This document shows, one piece after another, positions 26,601 to 36,900 of a stretch of 64,000 nucleotides of DNA. This DNA is from Laetmonice hystrix (taxonomy: Eukaryota), in contig OZ249436.1 in assembly GCA_965235115.1 (NCBI GenBank), forward strand, positions 25,980,001-26,044,000, given 5' to 3'. Both the position numbers and the translations under genes were made by a program. The notes below the pieces were generated by a model. The model had not been told where the DNA came from, searched no databases, and saw only the letters and a program-made list of their open reading frames with translations. How positions within the stretch are numbered: the stretch's first letter is position 1; each line of letters opens with the position of its first letter.

Positions 26601-27749
26601 GGCCCAAGTGGTCTTGATAGCACCGCCATGGCAGGCACAACCATGGTTCCCACAGCTCCTCTCAATGGTGGTAGCACCCCCAGTTTTGCTGCCTCCGCTG
26701 AAGAATCTTCTACAGTCACCAAAGGGCGACCCACACCCACTCTTAGAAACCAACAGCCTCTTTCTGGGGGCCTGGAAAGTGTCTGGAATAGAAGCAGAGA
26801 GCAGGGGTTTTCAACAGGGGCTGCCACTCTGGTCACTAAGGCCTGGAGGAGAGGCACAGCAAGTGCTTACGATGGCCCCTGGAAGAAGTGGGTTAGCTGG
26901 TGTGGTAAGAGGACGTACAATCCACTTCAGGCCACTGTGGGACAGTTAGGCAGCTTTTTAGCAGAGAGGTTTGAGGATGGCTTGGAGTATGCTACACTCA
27001 ATGTTTACAGGTCAGCCCTGTCAGCATTTCACCCTCCAATCGAGGGTTATAGGGTGGGTCAGCACCCTATGATAGTGAAAATGATGCATGGTGCCTTTAA
27101 TGAGAGGCCGTCAAAACCCAGGTACGCGGACACCTGGGAGGTGAGCAAAGTGTTAGATTGGATGAAGGGCCTGGCCTTGGACGAAGAGTTACCGATTAAG
27201 GTTTTGACTTGGAAGCTGGCTATGTTGCTGGCGTTAACAGGGGCTTGCAGAGGATCCGAGCTAAAAAGCCTGAAGTTGTCTCTGATGCAGGACAGAGGGT
27301 CTGAAATTTGGTTTCAGATAGATGGGTTGACAAAGACCAAGAGGCCTAGTAAGCCTCACATCACTCTCAAGTGGCCTCAGTTTGAGGGAGATGTCAGGCT
27401 AGATGTCACACAGTGCCTCAGAGTGTACATAGAGAGAACTAAACGAGTTAGGGGCCATGAGGATCAGCTGCTTATCAGCCACACTAAACCACACAGAGCA
27501 GTGCAGCCATGCACAGTGGCTCGCTGGCTGAAGGAGGTAATGCTTTGTGCAGGAATTGATGTGGCCAAGTACAAGGCACATTCCACAAGGGCGGCATCAA
27601 CCTCAAAAGCAGAGCAGTTAGGTTTGTCAGTAGAGCAGATTATTGAGAGAGCAAATTGGTCAAGGGCCACGACTTTCTTTAAGTTCTACAACAAGGAGGT
27701 TCGGGCTGCAACGGAGAAACAGTTTCAGGACTTAGTGTTGCAAGCCTGA
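23616..27749 (+). CDS. DIRS gag-like protein (N-terminal ~370 aa) continuous in frame with a pol-overlapping linker and a C-terminal tyrosine recombinase
   Basis: 1377-aa ORF. The N-terminal region ends in an RGG-rich tail. The C-terminal region has YR catalytic motifs TGACRGSEL (R), HSTRAAS (HxxR), RANWS (W) and FFKFY (Y), preceded by a core-binding region (YATLNVYRSALS). Confidence 0.85.
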   Translation: MALRASGDANEAVRGLDEGRFPTNGAGRLGDLVSDDVEVEPVSVRPTLGSQAQLALLSDNKRRIEWDDDEPEASEARFKSPRRGDSRSSSSLGEVGVTDVGDTDSEYVMFDPFESANRGVVLTEGQTTFVEKNFTTYIPNDVVMDKILADCPKPTAKILEPPKLDAAIVSLLNADCVRPARFNDKAYARLQTKTADILGPLGALWSKLDDVRRGGEEEIDVSDLLRFAEKSVMLVGQVYVYATHQRRHGILSRWLKDPATVTEVLKDGEDELSAGLQQGCLFGEDFRKFLLHKAKGSKENKEIKQELGKPDFKPRPQQPFRQNAPRGNRGASRGFVARVRGRGSAHGSRGGRGATQARGYGQPGGGKTRWVQAFFSARGKCRVKSRRSRGQSPGLVGEKIGGEGPFRMGGFPPLREVTHRSVESGAQNEQGREGVSRAADCPVPGQLEEDHVRPTSVGFGFRTEGGFSGCSGPMDSSPLAKVLGDRTAEVTGGDRKDDCKGGNQASGIRKGAVFESPFSQAKKGWKFQACLQSEEVKCIREIRTFQDGGDVHAGRLAEKGRLDDQDRSERCILLRTVSRSAQEIFPVRVGKDAVRVSGSALRAGIGSESIYETLETGYRNAEADGPQADNLFGRHVPVQSGGLSTQTRQRHGDLGVTSLGVCHQLGEVPVKANEGYGVSGTAGRLGKDVIDTPIGEDRGDQEALQPTADRQSGNGERDFPVGGKNDQYDEGRTPSAITLQIPSDGEDEGTPQRGTELRDSSLTFEGSSGGVGLVGGVSELSEWQAINCPEPRSSGDDRCVAERMGSGVSGRNHARNLEQGGSWQTHKPPGVTSSEICNHVLCKGSEGHSHSCEVRQQYDSGPDKQDGGHEVCRLVRGDKTAVVLLPQEGDHSYCRTSARKAECIGRPVLESVFGFQQLEIGNGSVSRVEPQMGPISGGHVRRQAEQADRDVLQLETRPTGGSDRCIYDAMEQPEGLHVSPILPDRQMPCEDKEGGGPSGLDSTAMAGTTMVPTAPLNGGSTPSFAASAEESSTVTKGRPTPTLRNQQPLSGGLESVWNRSREQGFSTGAATLVTKAWRRGTASAYDGPWKKWVSWCGKRTYNPLQATVGQLGSFLAERFEDGLEYATLNVYRSALSAFHPPIEGYRVGQHPMIVKMMHGAFNERPSKPRYADTWEVSKVLDWMKGLALDEELPIKVLTWKLAMLLALTGACRGSELKSLKLSLMQDRGSEIWFQIDGLTKTKRPSKPHITLKWPQFEGDVRLDVTQCLRVYIERTKRVRGHEDQLLISHTKPHRAVQPCTVARWLKEVMLCAGIDVAKYKAHSTRAASTSKAEQLGLSVEQIIERANWSRATTFFKFYNKEVRAATEKQFQDLVLQA
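24415..26949 (+). CDS. DIRS pol: reverse transcriptase, RNase H and DNA N6-adenine methyltransferase-like domain
   Basis: RT motifs FRPVFNLK, KIDLKDAYY, LPFGLASAP, IFLDD; RNase H motifs TTDAS..GWG, HINLLELRA, SDNST; MT-like VDMFA and YMFPPF. True start uncertain. Confidence 0.93.
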   Translation: MAKTSCRLVCSRDVFLGKISGSFSCIRPKEVRKIRRSSKNWASQISSPDHNSPFVRTPPGATEERQGVLLPVCEGEVRLTAQEVDVEPRRLGATASLEAVRPGGSKLSFPLEVNAELSPGEAEGRVLDWWERKLEGRDPSGWVVFPPSERLHTEVWSLGLRMSKEGKVSVGQRIARFQDNWKRITSDPQVLGLVSGLKVDFLDVPVQWTAPRWPRFSEIEQQRLQEEIGKMIVKEAIKPVASEKGQFLSHLFLRPKKDGSFRPVFNLKRLNAFVKYEHFKMEGMSMLADLLRKDDWMIKIDLKDAYYCVPLAGVHKKFFRFEWGKTLYEYQVLPFGLASAPRAFTKLLKPVIGMLRRMGLRLIIFLDDMFLCNQEVSALRRDRDTVIWVLQALGFVINWEKSQLRPTKAMEFLGLLVDSGKMSLILPLEKIEEIRRHCSQLLIDRVVTVREISQLVGKMTSTMKAVLPAPLHYRYLQMEKTKALLRGGQSYETQVSLSKEAREELAWWVESLSSVNGRRLIVPSPDLVVTTDASQKGWGAVCRGETTQGIWSKEEAGRHINLLELRAAKFAIMSFAKDQRDIHIHVKSDNSTTVAQINKMGGTRSVDLLEETKQLWSFCLRKGITVTAEHLPGKQNVLADQCSRVFLDSSNWKLATEVFQELNRRWGPFQVDMFADRLNRQTEMFYSWRPDPLAVATDAFMMPWNNLRGYMFPPFCLIGRCLAKIRKEEAQVVLIAPPWQAQPWFPQLLSMVVAPPVLLPPLKNLLQSPKGDPHPLLETNSLFLGAWKVSGIEAESRGFQQGLPLWSLRPGGEAQQVLTMAPGRSGLAGVVRGRTIHFRPLWDS

Positions 27750-27758
27750 GCTTTAAAC

Positions 27759-27874
27759 ATGCATTATCATATCTACTTCCGGCTTACGAAATGAAATTGG
27801 AAATTTTATAAGTGCTCCAGGGGAGCACGACATGAAATTAGAATTTCATGAGTAAGCCGGAAGTAGATATGATA
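27759..27874. repeat. DIRS internal complementary region (ICR)
   Basis: First half is the reverse complement of the left terminus, second half the reverse complement of the right extension, joined at TGAAAT. Confidence 0.9.
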
Positions 27875-30198
27875 CTCCCTCCCGATAGACATTGACCCAC
27901 CCTAACCATGGATTTGGTTTCTCATTGCAGTCGTTAGAAGACCCGAAGGGCGTTAGTCGAGGGAGGTGGCGGATGTGTACATACGTTCATTCAACGATTC
28001 GAGGTTCAAGGTTCAGCATTACCTGTTATGTTCAAGATGAAGGATTGGGAGTTTCCTTGCACGTTCGAGCGACACCAAGGGGCGGACGGGGTGGATGGAG
28101 TCGCTGCTTAAGTTGGGTAAGTTGGATTTTTGACTCCGCTTTGATTATTCAAAGGGCTCGGCTCAGCCAAATCTCAAAGGACGCACCACCGAGGCATCAT
28201 GGGAGTTGTTGTTTTAAGTTTTGAAAGGCTTAGGTCTCGCGTCACGACACGAGAATGCATTATCATATCTACTTCCGGCTTACTCATGAAATTCTAATTT
28301 CATGTCGTGCTCCCCTGGAGCACTTATAAAATTTCCAATTTCACCACTCTGACTACTTCCGGCGATACTGCGCTTGCGCGTCGCTTGCGCTTTGTATCTC
28401 TGACACCACCTCCCGCTTCATGTGCAGATTTTGCACATAGCCGGAAGTGAGCCTAAACACTCTGACATAAGATCAATGCGCTTGTTGTTTTCCGATATTG
28501 AACAAAAAAGACTTGTTAATGACTTCCTTGCATTCATCATTAGTTGTCCGATATTATTTGACAGTTTGTAGATGTTGGTAGCCTTATAGGTGGGAGAAGC
28601 GAATGTTTTCCGGAAGGAATTTAGTTCTACGCGTAATATTACAACCTGTGCATTTGTTGACAACGGGCACGCCACATTGTGACGTCACTAAGGGCGAACG
28701 TCACAATCGCGAGTCACATGGGGAGGTGGAGGCAGAGTCATTGAATGAAGAGAGATGGCGCTGCGGTAGGAGAATGGGATTTCACCTCTGTTGACATCTA
28801 ACCGGGACTATCTTTTTAGACAATAACCAGGGCAACAACGAGCACGTGTAGGACGTTGTCAATGTCAGCGACGTCAGGAACAATTCACAATAGCGCTACG
28901 TCACAATGGGTCACAATGGAATGTGATCATAACGGGCCCTAAATAATATGAAATGTCGGGGACATAGGGAGCGCGCAGCGTGTGGTAGCACTAGTGCTGT
29001 GGTAGGTGGATGTTAAACTCTAACGACTACGTCCAAAGATTGGTACTGCGGCCTAACGATCACAGGTAGACTAGTATGAATATCTATTCATCAGACATAA
29101 ATGATTAAGAGCTAACCCTAACCTTAACTAATCCTAACTCTATCTATAGCCCAATCGAGCCCGACGATCAAACTCGGAAACAAAGCGGCGGTGTGTCGTA
29201 CTGGATGTTGACACCGGAAGTCCCAGTCGGCGGAAGTGGGCTTTCAGCGCTGGCGGCGCATAGCGGGATTTGAGGGAACTAGTTTTGAGAATCGCACAAG
29301 CCAAAGTAGTTTACAGACAGCGATCGGCTGGTGAAAGTATAGATCCCATATTTCTCCTTCAGTCATTGGAGACATAATTTAATTAGGCTATAGCTGGAAT
29401 ATTTTTGCATTCTTTACGAGTTTCTCATTAATTGACATTTTTTTCGACCAATCACAATCGAGAAAATCCCGCAACTCGGACATTCAAGATGGCGCCGTGC
29501 ATGGACTGCGGTCCGGTTACCATCCGGTTTAAGTTGTTGGCTTGGTGGATCTGGCAGAGGTTGAGAAGATCTACGTACGTTGCCATAACAGCGCTTCGCG
29601 GCGCCGCCTTCGGCGGCGCGCGCTGCGCGCTATAATGGCGGACGGTGCTTCGCTTCGGCAGTTCAAATGCCCCATACTCCTAAAATACACAAGGACGGAT
29701 GTCGAAACGTGACATAAGGGGATAAAATATTGAACCAAACAATGTCACAGACTTAGAATTGTTTAGGAAGGTCCCTCCTTTCTTATTTCAAGCACTGTTA
29801 TCGCCGAAGATCGGCAAAGTTTGTGACGTTACAATTTCGTACCCTCGTAATCTTGACAACCGGCGAATGTATATTTATACGACTTGTTCACTGGCCTTAT
29901 TACACACCCCAGTAATACCCGTCCGAAGATAGAGTTCCTCAGTTATCAGTCAAAATTCCATGCAAAGAGTCCATGACATGACATGTGTGTCATTGCTCTG
30001 TAAAGTCGGGGACAAACAGAAAAATGACTGATACTAATTTCTAGATGATATTGGTGGGAACATCAAATGTTTAAATTTTGTGCATTTTGTTTAGATGTCC
30101 ACAGAGGTGAAATCCGCCCGCGCGGTGAACCCTGGGAGAGAATGGGGATTCCCTAGTTCAGTTTCTAAACGGAGTCTTCCAGGGGCCAGTTTTTAAAT

Positions 30199-33155
30199 AC
30201 ACGGAGACACGGTTCTAGCCTCGATCCCGTGACCCTTTGCGCGCAGAGCTTGCACATAGGGCCACGCAGTGGCCACCATTATGGATGGGGCTGGCCGAGT
30301 GTTGCCATGCAGATCGGCGGGGGGCGCGTGATGGGCCGACCTCTGACCATGGCAACTAGGCCTAGTTTTTTCCACTTTAGTTTTGAGGGTAGAAGCTCAG
30401 AAGATCCTATATATTTACATCTATTAACGCGTTATTATATTTAGAAATAATGACTTTAGATTTTAGGCCTAGTTTAGTCGTTAGGCTAGAGGACGCGCAT
30501 GCGCAAACCACCAGTCGCGCTTGCTGCCACCTAGCGACTAAAGAGAGTACTACTTGCTGTCTGTCAGCCCCTTGTGCATTCGGAACACCGAGCCCTTTAC
30601 GATGTAGAGAGACTCGGATACCAATCGGAGGTCGCCATATTGGGTCAGATGGGGTCAGCGCACTATTGTCGTAGCGTCCCATGTAAACAACGGCCAGTGT
30701 CTGGGCTGTGTAGGGCTGTGGTGCTGTCAATAGACGGCTTTCTTCGTTAATAGTTGGCAAAAAACTGAAACCGAATTTGTGGACTATTCCCTTATTTAGC
30801 ATGTAGACGGTCTATGATCCGTGTGATAAGAGGATCGAATCAAGGTAGCCTGTCAAACCGTTACACGCCACCGTTGAATTCATCGTAACACCCGTTTTTC
30901 TGTGACGGTTTGAACTTTGACTTCTTTCATTTTACGACGGTTCATTTTGACGACTTGACTCTCATGTTAAGCGTTATGTTGAACACCCTTGTGTTGAATC
31001 CAGTCAAATCAAGGCAAATAATACGGCAAATCCATACTCAAAGTGGTTCAATATTATGAGCCAGGGCGACTCGGAGCCCGCGGACCGCCGGGCCGTCCTA
31101 GCTATCCCCACCGGGAGCCAGCCGTGCGGCCCTGCAGAGCTGTCGCGAAGTTGCCGGGTCATTTTATTCGATTAATCTATGTTTGGTCAAAGTTGTTAAC
31201 GTAACAACAACATTATAATGATATCTGGTCTATATGAGTTTACTAACACCATTAATAGAGGCTCTACCCACTATATATATAAGGGACTCAATTTTTGCCG
31301 GCATCTCACTACCTGTGCCAGTCTGGTGTCATTGCGCACTGGGGCGATACATGGAATCCATGTATATCAATGCGTCGAGGGGTGTCCGAGCACAACTACA
31401 GCGAAGCGACCGGAAGTTGGGCCGAGGTTTTCCGAATGCCCCTTGTGATAACGGGGCGGGTGTTCGGCCTAACACGGTTCCGTCCGCCATCTTGAATAGA
31501 TAATGAGTTGCGAGTAAACAAACCCGCGCCAGTCGTGACGGGCCTTAGCTCTAGTGCTATTCATGCCTGGACAGGGGTTCATATTACCCTTGAGAGAACA
31601 ATAACTACTAACCCGATTCTCCTGAAACGTTTCACGATTACTAAAAACATGTGTCCCTTTAGATCTGCTGTAGTTTGGTGCATCTATATTAAATAGTTTT
31701 TAGTTACACGGCCGTGTTTCCGAGCGTTTTTATCGACCGCTCTGACGGGCCTCAGCCCTGCTGCGTGCCTGAACAGGGGTTTGTATTACCCTCGATAGAA
31801 TAATAACTACTGAACCGATTCTCTTGAATTTTTTCACCATTATTATAAACATGTGTCTTTTTTAGTCTGCTGAAGTTTGGTGCAGCTATATTAAATAGTT
31901 TTTTAGTTACGCGGTCGTGTTTGCGAGCGTTTCTATCGACCGCTCTGACGGACCTCAAGCATCTACCGGGCTTGGACGTTGGAGCTCGCGGGCCTTGGAC
32001 GTAGCAAGTGCCGTCAGCAAGCAGTCGACCTGTCGGCGTCCGGCCGCGATATAGCCGCGCACTGAACAAGGCTTTTTTAACTGGCATAAATCCAGCCAGT
32101 TTTGGCCGCAGTTTTCAATTTTGGACACAGAAAACGTAGGCCCTGGCTTAGGCCTACAAATATTTAGATCGGGTTTGATAAAATACAATTTAAATAGGTA
32201 GATCTATACAGAATAGTTAAAGTACGATTGCTCGGCGCTTGACAAGTTGAGTTTGAGAGCCCCGCTCCCCCGCGTCGAGGGACCGACGGCCGGGCAAGTG
32301 CTTGCCTCTGTAGCCCCCCCCCCCCCCCCCATCTTCCCCGCTCTCATTCCAGGTCCTAAAACGTTGACAGCCCTGTATCTCATCCCAAAAAATCGGGAGG
32401 GTTAACTCCAAATTGTCATAGGCCTGCCTGGGGGGGGGGGGGGGGGATAAGGCTCCCGCGGCCCTGGCCAGGGGTACACGGCACGGTCACCGGCTGCGGC
32501 GGCAGATGCCAGGGCAGTGCCCTGCCCTGACAGCGATATGAGGGCGGAGATGTCGGTGCTGGGGGCGAAGAAGCGAAGCCTGCGAAGGGGCATTTCCCGG
32601 GGCCTTGCCCTTTAATACCCTCCTTGCCCCGACACCCTTTAGCACATTCGCATCCTCTGAAATTTCACACAAATGTAGATCATTTCAAGCGAAACCTATG
32701 CCAGCACGTGCGTTTGACGGTGTGTTTACTCGCAACCTCGCTTTGACTTAAGTAATTCAAGATGGCGGACTTCCTTATATGGCAAACCCACTCTCCAACG
32801 GCAGAGGTCAGACGGCGGCCTACAAACTAGTGCCTACCGCGCATGCGCGACCTCATTTCTATCGGCCGGCTTATGGCGCTAGCACCAGCTGGCCTCATCA
32901 CTTGTCATCTGGCTGACATATAGTGCCACTTCATTTAACACCCATAAAAGAAAATTAAGTCAATTGAAAGAAAATTGAAATAAAAGATCTGCATTTACCA
33001 AAACTAGAAATGTAAGATTTCGGGCAAATAAATGTTGTAAACGATCAGAATTAGCAGCTTATTTGCCGCTGGTGCTAGCGCCATAAGCCGGCCGATACAA
33101 ATGAGGTCGCGCATGCGCGGTAGGAACTAGCTTGTGGCAAACCGTGTCTCCGTGT
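30199..33155. mobile_element. Non-autonomous TIR element with ACACGGAGACACGGTT TIRs and 2-bp AT TSD
   Basis: Perfect 16-bp TIRs. The empty site TTTTAAATCACAG in the 19-kb MITE copy shows an AT duplication. Internal tandem duplication at ~31530-31960; no transposase ORF seen. Confidence 0.85.
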
Positions 33156-33993
33156 ATCACAGTCTTAGGCCTAAGCCAGCGTAAGACTGAGCCTAGTCTT
33201 ACGTTTCTGTTTTTAAATCAGCTGACAGAGGCTTAGACTTTAAGCCTAGACTCAGCTTTGTAAGACAAGTGCCGAGCTGGCTTAGCATGCTTCAAATGTC
33301 TTTTTCCGAAGATTTAGACAAAATTGTTTCTTCCCATCACTATTCATCGGGTTATTTTATATAAAAATCTGATGAGATCAACATTTACACAGAATAGATT
33401 CGTATTAGTTGAAATATGCAACTTGACTACGGACTCGTTTCGCTGCGTCATCGTCGTTGTTGTGGTTGGCTTGGGCGGAGGTGCAACCTTTGACCTAAGA
33501 CATGACCTCTGACCCACCTATGACCGATGACCCAGCAATTTTGACGTACTCCTTTTTGTTACGTAAATCTAGATTAGCAGAGTCAAAGACAGCATCGCCT
33601 GACAGTTAGAGGTTGGCATTAACGAATTCTACGGACTTTTTCACATGTTGCCATCACTGGGGCAAAATAATAGCTTTCAAAGATCATTCTACATTCTAAT
33701 GTGACGTTTCCATCATGGTGGGATCCGTGTTTTGTCGCCACCAGGCTTAGACTTACCTAAGCCAGGCAAGCATGCTGGGTCCGGTTTTTAAAATAAGCCA
33801 AGGCTTACTGGTAAGACTCGGCTTACGGTAAGACTAGGCTTACGTTTCTGTTTTTAAAACAAGTTCTAAGCCTGGCTTACGCCAAGCCTAGGCTTAGCCG
33901 TTGTCATGGGCGGAAAATGACGTCACACTGGGGAATCCCTGGAACTCTCCTAACTAAGAGGCATGTAGACGTACTTCCGCCCAAATGTAAACA

Positions 33994-36900
33994 ATGGCGC
34001 GTCGTGCAGAAGATTGGGATTTTAGTCAGGCGATTTATTTAGTTGAGTTAGTCAGCGAGAAGGAGGAGAGATTATTTGGGGATAACAAATGTGGATCGGG
34101 AAGGGGGGCAGATGAGACTACGGCAGCGTGGGAGGAGATCCGCCAAGCGTTGGCCTCACGGTGAGTTAGTCAACACTACATTCAATAACGTCCTAGAAAA
34201 TGTCGTCTGCTATTTTACAATTTATTAGACAAATTAGGTTTCAATGTTTAGTTCGTAGGCCTTCTTGGAGATTTGGGCTAGACGTTCTTTACACTAGATC
34301 TAAGACTACATGATGATGAGACTCAGAGAGAACAATCAGCCGTATCAATTCAACGTTAGTCTTGCCTAAGCTAAGTTCCCACTGACTGACTCACCGACAC
34401 CATGCTCACGGCACGGGCAGTCAGTGCTGGCACACACCTCACCGGGACTGCCACTGACCAAGGATACCATTACACGATCCTTGCACTGACAATACCATTC
34501 ACAATCCTGAAATCCTGAGGGAGGCAACGGGAGGCACTGTCCCCCATATGGGTCCAAACTAAAGACTTAACCCTAGCACTGTCCCCAATTTCCTGGAAAA
34601 TTACATATAATTTGGGAAATGAACGTCTTGTTAGTGTGACAAACCTGAGTCATCGCTTAACTAGTCTATAGATCTATTTTGTATTACTGTATTATTGCAC
34701 TGTTTGACCTTTTGTTGCCATGACGTCAGCTGCCAGTGACCGCCAGTTCCCTTCTCCCAGCTACCAAGCCAGCCCGGATACCCCCTCCCCCCTCACAATG
34801 CCCAGTCAGCCCCACCCCACCCCCTCTGAGTCCAGGGAGGTGGCCAGCCCCGCTCCCCCCCCCCCACACCGCCCAGTCAGCCCCACCCCACCCCCTCTGA
34901 GTCCAGAGAAGTAGTCAACCTGAAGTCACCCGAGTGTGGGTTTTTCACGTTTTGTAAGCCTTATTATTTATTTATTTGTAAGGTATTCAGAAATGCCCCA
35001 TCTTATAAGAGTAATTATCGTCCCTTTATTCCCACCAGTATTCTGAACTTTCATAACTGCGCATCGTGCAGTTTCCCTGTTTGTAAATTCTCTCAACCCT
35101 CCTGTAGGTATAAATATAGGCCCGGTTTCCCCTGTCCAGACAGTCGGTCTCAGAGTCGGCATGACAGTCGATCTCAGAACCTGCATTGGTGTCGAACTCC
35201 GTGCCCGAGCTTAGCACTCCTCCCGGCTAAGGCTGCCTCTCGTAGGCCCGCCTGCCGAGAACCGACTCAACCCCCTCCCCTCCCCGGCAAGGCTGCCCTT
35301 GGGCCCGCCTGCCGAGAACCGACTCGCTCCCGTCGGCTGTGGCTGCCCGTGGGGCCCGCCACCCGACATGATGCTCCCGTGCCCGTCTACCCCGTTGCCC
35401 GCCCTTCCCTGCCCCCGTTGTCGGCCGTGACTGCCTCGTGCCCGTCACACGAACTTGACCGACTCCCTCCCCGGCAAGGCTGCCCTTGGGCCCGCCAGCC
35501 GAGCATCCCTAGCACCCGTCCGTTGTGTCTGCCCGTGCCCGCCACCCGACATGACATTCCCGTGCCCGTTTCCCGCCATTCCCTACCCCTTTTTGCCGCC
35601 GTGGCTGCCCTCGCGGGCCCGTCACCTGGCGTCTCTGGCCACTGACCACTGATATTGGAGCATGGCTCTACATAACACGTGTATCCATGTAAACATTCAG
35701 TCGGCCATTAAACTAGTCCACGTATTTTTCTATACGTCTGTTTTAGAGTTTTCACTTCACGTTACATAACTGCGTGCTAATACCATCCAGTGATACGTAT
35801 CTAGTTGTCTCGGTCAATATTTAATTGTGGGATATTTGAACACAACGAGGTCCCACGTTCAGAGTCCAATAACCCTAGTTAGTTATTGAGAACTCGTGTT
35901 AAAGTAGTTAAAACTATTCCACCCTTTCTCTACATGCGTGATCCCAGTCCAATAATCTTCTTTTAGTTAATTTTTGAGAAACTCGCGCTAAAGTAGTTTA
36001 ATCGAATCCACCATTTCCCTACACGAATTACCCCCTTTGGAACCCCTTATAAGACCCCTAAAGCGTATATATTGAAGGGTACACAAATGTATTCCTAAAT
36101 ATCGCCTATATATGATCCGCACCAGGGGGCTGAGGGGTACCGCTACATTAGCATTGATTGTAAATGTTAGGTCCACATAAATAACGCAGAAATCCCCCCT
36201 GACCCTAGTCCAGAGAAAGTGAATGTAGTTAAATATGTTGTACGCCTCGTGGCATCCCTAGATTCTAACTATCACGTGAGAAAGAAAGAAAAAAAAGTGG
36301 TGAGCAGGTAAGCAGAAAACTGAAGATTTCGGTCTATACCCCCGTGACATATTTCCTTTATTAATAATGACTTTGTTATGTAATGCCAGTGGGTAGCAAT
36401 AGATTCTAATCTAAGGTATCAACTCTTTCATTATTGACAAGTAGCTATTTTTAAATTTTTGTGACAGTTCCCCATAGTATCATTAGTATGCATTGACTTG
36501 TTTTTTTATAAATCTGTTTAGATGGCTGTCTAGGCCTGACTTGTTCATGCGATTATATTTCCCAGAAAGTTAATCTGCTCTACTTGGAAAGTAACTAATA
36601 TTATTAATAACTAAATTTACCAAATTCTCATTACAGCGGAGTTGTCCAGGATGTTGGCCAAATAAAAAAGAAATACCAAAATATCAAAACACAAGGTACG
36701 TACATTTCCTATCGCAGTGTAAGAAATTAAGTTATTCACCAGTCTATTTTATGACATTTTTATAGGTTTGGGTTTCTTTTTGTTTTTTGGGGGGGGGGGG
36801 GTTAATCCGTCGAAAATCTTAAGAAGTTGATTGTGATTTCAGCCAAAAAGAAACTACGGTTACTTGGGGCTCCCCGAGAGTCGGGAGGCGGCCAGCCCCC

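Larger units (their letters stand above)
23391..28343 (+). mobile_element. DIRS1-type tyrosine-recombinase retrotransposon, apparently intact
   Basis: Left ITR ~23391-23501 is inverted at ~28177-28283 and followed by a right extension to 28343. An internal complementary region lies at ~27759-27874. Encodes gag, RT-RNaseH-methyltransferase-like and YR. ATTTCA is present at both junctions. Confidence 0.95.

Noticed and set aside
23154..27670. Antisense and third-frame ORFs over the DIRS element
   Set aside because: Shadow ORFs expected from dual-frame coding constraint; no motifs.
35186..35205. TGGTGTC as a primer-binding site of a full LTR retrotransposon
   Set aside because: No gag/pol or second LTR follows; it falls inside the probable solo LTR.
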